DNA from: Candidatus Krumholzibacteriota bacterium
GTDB lineage: Bacteria; Krumholzibacteriota; Krumholzibacteriia; JAJRXK01
Reading direction: 5' to 3'
Length of the DNA stretch: 64,000 nucleotides
NCBI GenBank assembly: GCA_963727455.1
Contig: CAVSGG010000005.1
Coordinates: 352,001 to 416,000 of the forward strand
Every line of letters starts with the position of its first letter. The stretch's first letter is position 1. The position numbers and the translations under genes are program-made. Shown here piece by piece: positions 1 to 8,850 of this stretch. Under the pieces are notes generated by a model. It was not told the origin of the DNA. It did not search any database and saw only the letters and a program-made list of their open reading frames with translations.

Positions 1-219
1 GACTACGCAGTTCTGCGGGCGCTGCCGGAGCTCGAACGGGTGCCCAGCGCGGAAGGACATCTTCTGCTCGCGGTTGCGGCCCGGGTGGGTAAGGCGCGGC
101 TCATCGACAACCTCTGCCTCCGCGTGAGCGAGCAAGGTGTGAAGGAGTCCCCTCTGGACGAAGGATCCACCCTGGAGGCGCTGCAAAAGGAGTTTGAAAC
201 GCGAAGGAGCGGTAGCTGA
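1..219 (+). CDS. panC: Pantoate--beta-alanine ligase, C-terminal fragment (5' truncated by window)
   Basis: Frame 1 reads DYAVLRALPELE...LLLAVAARVGKARLIDNL, the typical PanC C-terminal 'G..RLIDN' motif. TGA at 217-219 overlaps the next ATG. Confidence 0.85.
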   Translation, partial: DYAVLRALPELERVPSAEGHLLLAVAARVGKARLIDNLCLRVSEQGVKESPLDEGSTLEALQKEFETRRSGS

Positions 220-962
220 TGAGCGCGAGCTTCGCGGTAGTTTTGGCCGCGGGCAAGGGGACCCGCATGAAGAGCGACAAGGCGAAGGTCCTGCACGAGC
301 TTGCGGGGAGGCCAATGCTGAGTCACGTGCTGGACGCGCTCGAAGAACTCGGAGTGGAGCAAACGGTTGTGGTGGTGGGGCACCAGGCCGATGCGGTATC
401 CGAGATCTGTCGTGAGCACGCGGTGGATACGGTGCTTCAGGCCGAGCAATTGGGAACGGGGCATGCGGTGGAGCAGACCCGGCCCCTCCTCGAGGGGCGG
501 GAGGGACTCACGCTCATTCTGAGCGGTGACGTGCCGCTGCTCCGGTCGTCGACCCTGCGCGCGATGCAGGAAGCGGTGCAGACCGACAGTGCCGCGGCTT
601 GCGTTCTCACCGCCATCACGGAGGATGCGAGCGGATACGGACGGATCCTCCGCGGGCGGGCGGGAGAAATTCTCGGCATCGTGGAAGAAAAGGACGCGAG
701 CGAGGAGCAGCGACGCATCGGCGAGTACAATACCGGCACATACTGTTTCAAGAATGTACTACTGTGGCCGCTCATCCGGCAGTTGGACACGGACAATGCG
801 CAGGGCGAATTTTATCTCACCGATCTCATCGCCCTCCTGGTACAAAGCGGCGAGAGAGTCGAAGGCGTCCTCTGTGAGGACGAGCGAGAAGTGCAGGGAG
901 TGAATACGATCGAGGACCTGGCACGGGCACGGCGCGACTGGGAGGAACTTCACCGTGGATAG
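219..962 (+). CDS. glmU: UDP-GlcNAc pyrophosphorylase (GlmU N-terminal nucleotidyltransferase domain only)
   Basis: VVLAAGKGTRMKS, EQLGTGHAV, GYGRI, NAQGEFYLTD and GVN motifs. The 247-aa protein ends without the hexapeptide acetyltransferase domain. Confidence 0.85.
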   Translation: MSASFAVVLAAGKGTRMKSDKAKVLHELAGRPMLSHVLDALEELGVEQTVVVVGHQADAVSEICREHAVDTVLQAEQLGTGHAVEQTRPLLEGREGLTLILSGDVPLLRSSTLRAMQEAVQTDSAAACVLTAITEDASGYGRILRGRAGEILGIVEEKDASEEQRRIGEYNTGTYCFKNVLLWPLIRQLDTDNAQGEFYLTDLIALLVQSGERVEGVLCEDEREVQGVNTIEDLARARRDWEELHRG

Positions 963-1443
963 ACTTTTTACCCCCTGGCGCAGGTCCTATGTCACCTCTC
1001 TCAACGAACCCTCCACCTGTGTCCTCTGTGAAGTCGCGCAGGCCGACGATCGCGCATCACACATACTCTTGCGAGAGAGCGGCTGGTACCTCGTACTGAA
1101 CAAGTATCCCTATACCACGGGCCACATGATGCTGGTGGTGCAGCGTCATATCGGCAGCCTGGAGGAGCTCGACGAACGCGAGACCGAGAGCCAGGCGCGG
1201 CTCTTGGCTCTCTGTGAGCACGCGTTGCGCGAGGCCTATCATCCCCATGGCCTGAACGTAGGTCTCAATCTGGGACGTGCGGCCGGAGCCGGGGTCAAGG
1301 GCCACCTGCACTGGCACATTCTGCCGCGCTGGGAAGGGGACGCAAATTTCGTGTCGATCGTGGGCGACACGCGCGTTCTGCCCGAGACCCTGCAGGAGAG
1401 TTACGAACGGCTCTTGCCCTGCTTTGCCCGGGAGGACTCGTGA
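955..1443 (+). CDS. HIT-family hydrolase (Ap4A phosphorylase/hydrolase-like)
   Basis: PWR..YV start, CVLC, LNKYPYTTGH and the HLHWHILPRW histidine triad. Confidence 0.9.
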   Translation: MDRLFTPWRRSYVTSLNEPSTCVLCEVAQADDRASHILLRESGWYLVLNKYPYTTGHMMLVVQRHIGSLEELDERETESQARLLALCEHALREAYHPHGLNVGLNLGRAAGAGVKGHLHWHILPRWEGDANFVSIVGDTRVLPETLQESYERLLPCFAREDS

Positions 1444-1835
1444 GCCGCACCTCGCTGAGCTTAGGCGGGCTACTGTTGCTCTGTGTGATCCCGGCTGCCG
1501 TTGCCCATTTCAGGCACCACGAGGAGGCGCCTCTGGCGCGGCTCACCATCGAGGTACTGAACGGTTGCGGTGAGGAGGGCGCGGCGGCCACGACCGCGCA
1601 GAAGTTGCGAAGTCTCGGCCAAGACGTGGTCAAGGTGGCCGATGCCGAGCGTAAAGACTACGATCACTGCGTCTTGGTGGACCGCCGGGGGCGCGCCTGG
1701 CTGGCCCGCAGGCTGGCCCGGCGCCTGGGGGGGATCCTGGTGGTCCTGGAGCGACGCGCGGGCGCGGATGCGGACTTGACCCTCATCGTGGGAAGGGACT
1801 ACGCCAAGATCCCCGGCCCCAAGCCTGGCCTCTGA
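1440..1835 (+). CDS. Stand-alone LytR C-terminal domain protein, membrane-anchored or exported
   Basis: N-terminal hydrophobic segment, IEVLNGCG..GAA and a C-terminal ADLTLIVGRDY typical of LytR_C. Confidence 0.75.
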   Translation: MSRTSLSLGGLLLLCVIPAAVAHFRHHEEAPLARLTIEVLNGCGEEGAAATTAQKLRSLGQDVVKVADAERKDYDHCVLVDRRGRAWLARRLARRLGGILVVLERRAGADADLTLIVGRDYAKIPGPKPGL

Positions 1836-1845
1836 GAGGGCCTCT

Positions 1846-1873
1846 TTGTTCCTTGCGAGGCTCGTGCTATGGT
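1846..1873 (+). promoter_or_regulatory. Candidate sigma-70 promoter (extended -10) for the DUF4321-tatA genes
   Basis: TTGTTC-16 nt-TATGGT with TG immediately upstream of the -10, in an intergenic gap. Confidence 0.3.
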
Positions 1874-1903
1874 GCAGCCCGGTGACCCGAGCGGGAAAGG
1901 CAG

Positions 1904-2179
1904 GTGGACAAACTGGCTAAGCGGCGACTGGGAACGGTAACCCTGATTTTCTTCCTGGGAATCCTCGTGGGAAGCGTCATCAGCCAGGCCGTGGGGCTGT
2001 TTCTCCCCGAGGGCTCGACTGCACACCAGCTCTTCGTCCAATATCTTTCGTTTGGTTTCGGGCCGGCGCCTCTCAATCTCATTATCTTTGATGTGACGCT
2101 GGGTTTTCACATCCACGTGAATCTGTTGAGTGTCATCGGGATCTTCCTGGTGGCGCAGGTTCTCCGCTGGTACCGCTAG
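1904..2179 (+). CDS. DUF4321-like small membrane protein
   Basis: 91 aa hydrophobic protein with LGILVGS and FDVTLGFHIHVNLLSVIGIFL, matching the DUF4321 pattern. Confidence 0.7.
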   Translation: MDKLAKRRLGTVTLIFFLGILVGSVISQAVGLFLPEGSTAHQLFVQYLSFGFGPAPLNLIIFDVTLGFHIHVNLLSVIGIFLVAQVLRWYR

Positions 2180-2197
2180 CGGAGTTTGGGAGGGATC

Positions 2198-2440
2198 ATG
2201 GTCGATCTGAATCTGCCGCTCGCTCTCATTCCCAGTTTCGGCTGGCAAGAGGGTCTGGTCATCCTTGCCGTCGTTCTCTTGGTCTTCGGGCCATCAAAAC
2301 TGCCAGAGGTCGCGGAGGCCATGGGGAAGTCCATTCGGAAGTTCAAGAACGCGACTCGTGACGTCGAGGACTCGATCAAGGATGAAGTCAACCGCATCGA
2401 CGAGGGAGAGAAGAAGGAGAAGGAGAAGGAGAAGGAGTAG
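2198..2440 (+). CDS. tatA: Twin-arginine translocase TatA/TatE subunit
   Basis: GWQE..VILAVVLLVFGPSKLPEVAEAMGKSIRKFK. GGAGG upstream of ATG 2198. Confidence 0.9.
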   Translation: MVDLNLPLALIPSFGWQEGLVILAVVLLVFGPSKLPEVAEAMGKSIRKFKNATRDVEDSIKDEVNRIDEGEKKEKEKEKE

Positions 2441-2487
2441 GAAAGCGTTTCGCCTCACCCGCCCTCGCCAGAGCCTTGGGAGCAGCC

Positions 2488-4785
2488 TTGAATCTGCATC
2501 AGCTCCTTGCGCGCTTGCAAAGCGACGCAGAATTTAACCGAAACGTCACCCTCTGGCACACGCTGCCCGCCGAGACGGCTCGGTATGTCCCGTTCCCGGA
2601 AGACCTGGACCCACGCCTGTCCAGCGCCCTGCGCCAGCAGGGGATCGAAGCGCTGTACACGCATCAGGGCGAGGTCTACGAGAAGGTCAAGAGTGGTCGG
2701 CACACCGTCGTGGTGACGCCGACCGCGAGCGGGAAAACCCTCTGCTACAACCTGCCGGTGCTGCAGGCCTGTTTGCAGAACGAGGAGGCTCGCGCCCTCT
2801 ATCTCTTTCCCACCAAAGCTCTCAGCCAGGACCAGATGCAGGGTCTGCACGGCCTCATCGAAACGATGGGCGTGGACATCAAGACCTACACTTTCGACGG
2901 AGACACTCCGGCCACCGCGAGGCGCACCATTCGCAGCAGCGGGCACATCGTTGTCACCAATCCCGACATGCTGCACCAGGGAATCCTTCCGCACCATACG
3001 GCGTGGATCAAACTCTTCGAGAACTTGCGCTACGTCGTAATCGACGAGGTTCACCAGTACCGGGGTGTTTTCGGAAGCCACCTCGCCAACGTCATCAGAA
3101 GGTTGCGCCGCATCTGCCGCTTCTACGGCAGCGACCCGGTTTTTCTCTGTTCCAGCGCCACTGTCGCGAACCCAACGGAGCATGCAGGGCGCTTGTTGTC
3201 CGAACCGGTGGAGCTCGTGGACGACAACGGAGCTCCGCGCGGAGAGAAACACCTCGTGTTCTACAACCCTCCGGTGGTGAACGCGGAGCTGGGAATTCGT
3301 CGCAGCGTCATCAAGGAAGCGGCCCGTCTGGCGGAGCCCTTCCTCTCGACCGGAGTGCAGGTCATTCTCTTCGGACGCAGTCGCCTTCGGGTCGAGTTGT
3401 TGCTCACCTACCTCAAGCGATCCCTGAGTAAGCTGCACAAGTCTCCGGCGCTCGCGCGAGGCTATCGCGGAGGATATCTCCCGAGCGAACGTCGCGCGAT
3501 CGAGTACGGACTGCGCGAAGGAAAGATTCTAGCCGTGGCGTCGACGAATGCCCTGGAACTCGGCATCGACATCGGTCAGCTCGATGTCTGCATCATGGCC
3601 GGCTACGCGGGAACCGTGACCTCCACCTGGCAGCAGGCGGGTCGTGCGGGGCGGAGGAAAGGGATGAGCGTCGCAATCGTGGTAGCGTCCAGCAATCCCC
3701 TGGATCAGTACATCATTTCTCATCCGGATTTCTTTCTAGATTCCAATCCCGAGACCGCCATCGTGGACCCCGACAATCTCGCGATTCTGCTCAGTCATTT
3801 GAAGTGTGCGGCGTTCGAACTTCCTTTCACGCGCGAGGAACGTTTCGGGGAGCTCTCGGCCACTTCGGAGATGCTGGGCTATCTCGAGGAAAAGGGCGTT
3901 TTGAACTCGAGCGGGGACCAGTGGCATTGGATTGCGGACACCTACCCCGCCGAGGACGTGAGTCTGCGTAGCGCCGCGGTGGAAAACGTCGTGATCGTGG
4001 ATACGACCAAGAACCATCGGGTCATCGGGGAAACCGATCTGTTTAGCGCGCAGCTCTTGCTCCACGATGATGCCATCTACATGCACGAAGGCAGACAGCA
4101 TCACGTCGATCATCTGGATTGGGAACGTAAGGAAGCTTATGTGCGCCAGGTCGAAGTCGACTACTACACCGACGCACAGCTCAAGACCGAACTTCACGCA
4201 CTGGATCAGTTGGAAAGTGAAGAACTCGGGCTGGGAACGAAGGCACATGGAGAGATCGGCTTGATCACCAAGGCCACCATGTTCAAGAAGATCAAGCTGG
4301 GCACGCACGAGAACGTGGGGGCGGGCAAGATCCAGCTGCCCGAGTTGGAACATCACACGACGAGCTACTGGTGGCGGCTCGACGATACGCTATCTTCGAC
4401 GATGCGCGAGCGGGAGCTCGATCTGGGCGAAGGGCTCAAGGGATTGGCGCACCTTCTGGGCAAAGTGGCGCCCCTTTACATCATGGCTGATCCGGCGGAC
4501 GTACGCGCGGTGCCCATGCTGAAGTCTCCCTTCACTCAGAGCCCCACTCTATTCATCTACGACGTCTATCCGGGCGGAGTGGGTTTCGCACGCAAACTGT
4601 ATTCTCTTCACGAGCTGCTTCTGGAGGCTGCTGCGGCGCGTCTCTTCGAATGTCCCTGCCATGACGGCTGCCCCTCGTGCGTCGGGTCGAACTTGGAAAC
4701 CGGCGGACGCGCTAAGGCATCCGCTCTCTTCCTTTTGAATGAGGGTGGCGTGAAAAACTCGCGCCGCGCGGCGGGCGGCGCCTGA
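2488..4785 (+). CDS. mrfA: DEAD/DEAH-box helicase with C-terminal DUF1998 Zn-binding domain (MrfA/YprA/Hrq1 family)
   Basis: TPTASGKT, DEVH, SAT, STNALELGIDIG, QQAGRAGR and C-terminal CPCHDGCPSC. Start is uncertain (2476 or 2488). Confidence 0.85.
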   Translation: MNLHQLLARLQSDAEFNRNVTLWHTLPAETARYVPFPEDLDPRLSSALRQQGIEALYTHQGEVYEKVKSGRHTVVVTPTASGKTLCYNLPVLQACLQNEEARALYLFPTKALSQDQMQGLHGLIETMGVDIKTYTFDGDTPATARRTIRSSGHIVVTNPDMLHQGILPHHTAWIKLFENLRYVVIDEVHQYRGVFGSHLANVIRRLRRICRFYGSDPVFLCSSATVANPTEHAGRLLSEPVELVDDNGAPRGEKHLVFYNPPVVNAELGIRRSVIKEAARLAEPFLSTGVQVILFGRSRLRVELLLTYLKRSLSKLHKSPALARGYRGGYLPSERRAIEYGLREGKILAVASTNALELGIDIGQLDVCIMAGYAGTVTSTWQQAGRAGRRKGMSVAIVVASSNPLDQYIISHPDFFLDSNPETAIVDPDNLAILLSHLKCAAFELPFTREERFGELSATSEMLGYLEEKGVLNSSGDQWHWIADTYPAEDVSLRSAAVENVVIVDTTKNHRVIGETDLFSAQLLLHDDAIYMHEGRQHHVDHLDWERKEAYVRQVEVDYYTDAQLKTELHALDQLESEELGLGTKAHGEIGLITKATMFKKIKLGTHENVGAGKIQLPELEHHTTSYWWRLDDTLSSTMRERELDLGEGLKGLAHLLGKVAPLYIMADPADVRAVPMLKSPFTQSPTLFIYDVYPGGVGFARKLYSLHELLLEAAAARLFECPCHDGCPSCVGSNLETGGRAKASALFLLNEGGVKNSRRAAGGA

Positions 4786-4790
4786 GAGAA

Positions 4791-6029
4791 ATGATGGAGA
4801 GAGATCTGCGTTCCCGCCTGGCGTTCTTCGACAAGAAGCGCGCCCTACCGGCCGAAAAATCGCCGAGACTTCAGCAGAGTGCTCGCGACGAGCTTCTCGC
4901 CGCACTGGGGGGGGAACTCCGAGGGAGCGGCGCATCTCGGTATCTTAAAATCGAGGAATCGGTAGAGCCAGGGCTGTTCCCGGGCTCTCCCGCCGATGTC
5001 GTTTCGCCCGAGGCCTGGTTCCGGCTGAGCGGCAAGCCCGCACCCGGCGGTAACCACTGGCTGGTTCTGGATACCGAGACGACAGGACTGCAGACCGGAG
5101 CTGGCACCCTGGTATTTCTGGTGGGGCTCTTGCACTGGCGTGACGACGGTGCACAGCTGGTTCAGTATTTCATTCCCGAGCCTGCGGGCGAGAGGGGAAT
5201 GCTGCAAGATCTGTGGCGTGAACTCGAGGCAGCCGACGCGCTCGTCAGTTTCAACGGACTCGCCTTCGACTGCTCACGCCTACGGACGCGGGGGATTCTC
5301 TCGCGTCTGGACCCTGGAGTTCTGGACCGGCCGCAGTTGGATCTCGTGCATCCGGCGCGGAGGATCGCCGCCAATTGGTTGCCCGACTGCCGCCTCAAGA
5401 GTCTGGAGCAGAGTCTCTTGGGGAGAGAGCGCGAGGGCGACTTGCCGGGGAGCGAGGTTCCCGAAGTCTACCGCAGATGGCTGGTCGGAGGCTTCCAGTC
5501 GGAGCTGCCACGGGTCCTCGAGCACAACCGCCACGACGTGGAAAACCTCATGCACTTGGCGGCGATCCTGGCCGCGATCTATTCCGACGGAGAGGATCCG
5601 CTCGAGCTTCCACCGAGCGCACACCATCGCTTGGGCCGGACACTGATGACCCGCAAACGTCTCACCGCAGCGAGAACCCGATTCGAGCGAGCCATGAAAG
5701 AAGGCGAGGAAGCCATATCCTGTCGAGCTGCCCTCGAGTTGGCCCGCCTACACAAGAGATCCGGGGAATGGAAAAGTGCGGAAAAAATCTATCGGCGCTG
5801 TGTCCAGCGCTGGCCGCGGTGGATTCCCGCCCAGGTCGAATTGGCCAAGATCCAGGAGCACCGTCAGAAGGATCCGGCGGCGGCCCTGAAAACGGTGACG
5901 GCGGCACTCGAGTCCTTGGGGAAGCTGCCCGCGGCGGAACGAGATGAGGTTTTTCCCGCGAGAGTCGATACGCTAGAATACCGGCGGCAACGGTTGAGCC
6001 GCCGCCTTCGCAAGGTCGCCCTATCGTGA
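4791..6029 (+). CDS. mrfB: RNase H-like (YprB/MrfB) DEDD exonuclease with C-terminal TPR-like helices
   Basis: LDTETTGL, SFNG.AFD, HNRHDV, followed by TPR-like ELAK..EHR.KD. Directly downstream of the MrfA-like helicase. Confidence 0.8.
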   Translation: MMERDLRSRLAFFDKKRALPAEKSPRLQQSARDELLAALGGELRGSGASRYLKIEESVEPGLFPGSPADVVSPEAWFRLSGKPAPGGNHWLVLDTETTGLQTGAGTLVFLVGLLHWRDDGAQLVQYFIPEPAGERGMLQDLWRELEAADALVSFNGLAFDCSRLRTRGILSRLDPGVLDRPQLDLVHPARRIAANWLPDCRLKSLEQSLLGREREGDLPGSEVPEVYRRWLVGGFQSELPRVLEHNRHDVENLMHLAAILAAIYSDGEDPLELPPSAHHRLGRTLMTRKRLTAARTRFERAMKEGEEAISCRAALELARLHKRSGEWKSAEKIYRRCVQRWPRWIPAQVELAKIQEHRQKDPAAALKTVTAALESLGKLPAAERDEVFPARVDTLEYRRQRLSRRLRKVALS

Positions 6030-7039
6030 GTTTGAACGAACAGAGCCAACGAGTCGCTGCCCGAAAACGCGCGGCCGCATTCTCCATTCTCCTCAGCGTA
6101 GTGCTGTTGGCGGCCAAGGTCTTCGCTTGGCATCTGACCGCCTCCACCGCGATTCTCTCCGACGCCATCGAGACGATCATCAACGTGGTCGCGGCATCGC
6201 TGGCCTACTTCTCGATCGTGCAAGGAGCCAAGCCGCCGGACAGCGATCACCCCTATGGACACGGTAAGGCCGAGGACTTCTCTGCCGGAGTGGAGGGGAC
6301 GCTCATCGTCATCGCGGCCCTGCTCATCGTGTGGCATGCTCTGCATCGGCTCCTCGAACCGCGCGAAATCGGACAGCTCGACATTGGACTTCTGATCATT
6401 CTGGCCACCAGCTTCGCGAATGGTGCGGCGGGAATGTACCTCATCCGGCAGGGGAAGAGCCAGGCGAGTCAAGCCCTGATCGCCGACGGCTATCACCTTC
6501 TCACCGACACCGTTACCAGCGCCGGGGTTGTGGTTGGCTTGATCCTGGTGCGCGTCACTGGGCAAGTGTGGCTCGATCCTGTGGCGGCCATCGCAGTGGC
6601 GGCCCACATTCTCGTGGTGGGCCTGCGCCTGATGCGTCAAGCCATCGGGCGATTGATGGATGAAGCCGACGCCGAGCTCCTCGAAGAGATCGCGCGGCGT
6701 CTACAAGCCACGCGTCTCCCCGAGTGGATCGATCTGCACGAGCTCAGAGCATGGCGAAGCGGCGATCTCAGGCACATCGACCTCCACCTGACCCTGCCGC
6801 GCTACTGGAGGATCGATCAGGCCCACGAGACCCAAGCGCATCTCAAGGATGTGCTCCTCGCGCCCTACGATGGGCGGGGAGAGTGCATCGTCCACCTCGA
6901 TCCCTGTACCCCGGAATGCTGTCGAATCTGTGCCGTCAGCAATTGCCCGGTGCGCGCGGAGCCCCTGCAGACCCGTCCGGAGTGGACGGGAGAGGTCCTC
7001 GTTCTGGGGCCGAAAGAAGCCAGGGCGATTCGGAATTAA
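6026..7039 (+). CDS. Cation diffusion facilitator (CDF) family transporter
   Basis: SDAIE, HPYGHGKAE and HLLTD motifs, six TM segments and a C-terminal dimerisation domain with a Cys-rich tail. Confidence 0.9.
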   Translation: MSLNEQSQRVAARKRAAAFSILLSVVLLAAKVFAWHLTASTAILSDAIETIINVVAASLAYFSIVQGAKPPDSDHPYGHGKAEDFSAGVEGTLIVIAALLIVWHALHRLLEPREIGQLDIGLLIILATSFANGAAGMYLIRQGKSQASQALIADGYHLLTDTVTSAGVVVGLILVRVTGQVWLDPVAAIAVAAHILVVGLRLMRQAIGRLMDEADAELLEEIARRLQATRLPEWIDLHELRAWRSGDLRHIDLHLTLPRYWRIDQAHETQAHLKDVLLAPYDGRGECIVHLDPCTPECCRICAVSNCPVRAEPLQTRPEWTGEVLVLGPKEARAIRN

Positions 7040-8850
7040 AGAAAATTTGCCCGATGATCCTCGATCACGGCGTCTTTCTTCAGCTTGGCCTGCCAGGCGA
7101 GCAGAAGTTCGCGGCGTCTCGTGAAGAGCAGCGACTGGCAGATCGACTTCCGCTGTGCTTTGAACTGCGCCTCGTCGAAAGGCGTCTTGTAGAGCAACTT
7201 GATGATGTAGACTCCACGCTGCGTTCTCACGTCGGACATCATCTCGCCGGGCTTCATCCCGAGGGCCGCTCTCGCAAAGGAAGTGGCGAAGCCGATCCCG
7301 GCGATGTTCTCGCGCAAGGTGAAGGTGTCGGTCACCGCGTGCTCCAGGCCGAGCTTCTTGGCCGCGGCGGCGAGAGTGGATCCACCCTTGATCTCTTCCC
7401 AGGCCTTCGAAATCTCGTTCGCCGCCTGGTCCGTGCGACGCTTGCGCTGGATTCGGCTCACGACGAGGGTCCGGACGTCTTTCAGAGGGCGGTAACCCGC
7501 GGGAATTCTCTGAGCGACCTCGAACAGGTAGAAGCTGTCCTGCGTCTCGAATACGGGAGAGAGGGTACCCGCGTCGTGCTCGAACGCGAAGTTGGTGCCG
7601 CTCAGACTGTTGGGAACATTGGGGATGTTCAAAGTGGATTGGAACGGCTCCGTCGTGGTGACCTCGAGGTCCGCGTTTTCGGCGGCTTTCTCCAGCCCGA
7701 CGTTTTCGGCGGAATCGTGCAGGTTCTTCGCCTTGGTCCGAAGCTCGTCCGTAGTGGCTTGACTTGCCACGCTGTGCAGGAGGATGTCGCGCACCTTGAC
7801 CTCGGTCCTCTTGCCTTTCGCGTCGGTTTTCTCGTCCTCGACCGTAATGAGGTGGAAACCCGATTGGGTCTTGAAGGGCTTGGAAATATCGCCAACCGGC
7901 AGAGCAAACGCCGCGTCGGTGAACTCCTGGGACATCCGATTCCGGCCGATGAAGCCCAGTTCGCCGCCCTGGCTCGCGTTACTGGTGTCCTCGCTGTAGG
8001 TCTGGGCCGCCTCTTCGAAGGTTGTCTTGCCGCTGAGAACGTCCTTGCGGACGTCGTCCAGAATCGAAATCAATTCCTGTTCGTCCTGGGCGCTGGGCTC
8101 TTTGGGAATGGTCACCAGGCGCACTGTAACCTGCTCGGGAACCTTGTAATCGTCCTTGAATTCGTCGTAGATCTTCTGGATTTCGTCGTCCGTGACTCTC
8201 TCGTTCTTCAGATCGACTGCACTCAGTTCGGCTCCCACGTACTCGGCCACAGCGTGGGTATTCTGCTGGGAGAAGGCCTCGCGCAATTCGGCCTCGCTCA
8301 CCAGGGCCTTGCCGCTGATGTAGTTCTCCAGCTTTTGCAGTGGGACGGTGGAGCGGATGTAGGTCTCGATCTGGTCCCAGGGCAGATTGGGATTGTTCAG
8401 GGCACGCACGTAGGCTTCGGTGTCGACCTTGCCGTTCTCGTCCGTGAACTGCGAGAGCAGGAAAGGAGGGGGATTGTTGGAGAGGATGTCGACGATTTCG
8501 TCGTCGCTCACCGAGAACCCCAATTTGTTGGCCTGTTCTCTCTCGAGCGTTTCCAGGACGAGATCGTTGTAGGCCTGCTCCCGGGCGCGCATCATTTGAT
8601 TTTCGCTGAGGTTCTCGCCCTCGGGGAGCTGTTTGCGCATCTGCTCGAGGATGCCGTTGACACGCTGGTTGTATTGGTCGTAGCTGATGTCGGTGCCGTT
8701 GACGGTGACGATCGCATTGGTGGGCCGTTGTGACTGTCTGTTCTTTCCGCCCTCGAGCCCGATTCCCCAGACGAGAAAGGTGAGACCCAAGAAAGTGACG
8801 ATCACCACCAAGTAGATTATCTTTACCCGGTCTCGCATCGCTTGCATCAT
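7036..8850 (-). CDS. SurA/PpiD-like membrane-anchored peptidyl-prolyl isomerase (parvulin)
   Basis: MMQAMRDR plus TM helix, a SurA-N-like domain and the rotamase motif FEEAAQTYSED...GGELGF...GDISKPFKTQSGFHLI. Probable start is the ATG at 8850; the ORF track extends further upstream. Confidence 0.85.
   Translation of the reverse strand: MMQAMRDRVKIIYLVVIVTFLGLTFLVWGIGLEGGKNRQSQRPTNAIVTVNGTDISYDQYNQRVNGILEQMRKQLPEGENLSENQMMRAREQAYNDLVLETLEREQANKLGFSVSDDEIVDILSNNPPPFLLSQFTDENGKVDTEAYVRALNNPNLPWDQIETYIRSTVPLQKLENYISGKALVSEAELREAFSQQNTHAVAEYVGAELSAVDLKNERVTDDEIQKIYDEFKDDYKVPEQVTVRLVTIPKEPSAQDEQELISILDDVRKDVLSGKTTFEEAAQTYSEDTSNASQGGELGFIGRNRMSQEFTDAAFALPVGDISKPFKTQSGFHLITVEDEKTDAKGKRTEVKVRDILLHSVASQATTDELRTKAKNLHDSAENVGLEKAAENADLEVTTTEPFQSTLNIPNVPNSLSGTNFAFEHDAGTLSPVFETQDSFYLFEVAQRIPAGYRPLKDVRTLVVSRIQRKRRTDQAANEISKAWEEIKGGSTLAAAAKKLGLEHAVTDTFTLRENIAGIGFATSFARAALGMKPGEMMSDVRTQRGVYIIKLLYKTPFDEAQFKAQRKSICQSLLFTRRRELLLAWQAKLKKDAVIEDHRANFL

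Noticed and set aside
2405-2437. (GAGAAG)n short tandem repeat
   Set aside because: In-frame, encodes the low-complexity EKEKEKE tail of TatA, and is not a CRISPR or contingency repeat.
6724-8733. 669-aa plus-strand ORF opposite the SurA/PpiD gene
   Set aside because: Antisense shadow. The minus-strand ORF carries clear parvulin motifs.
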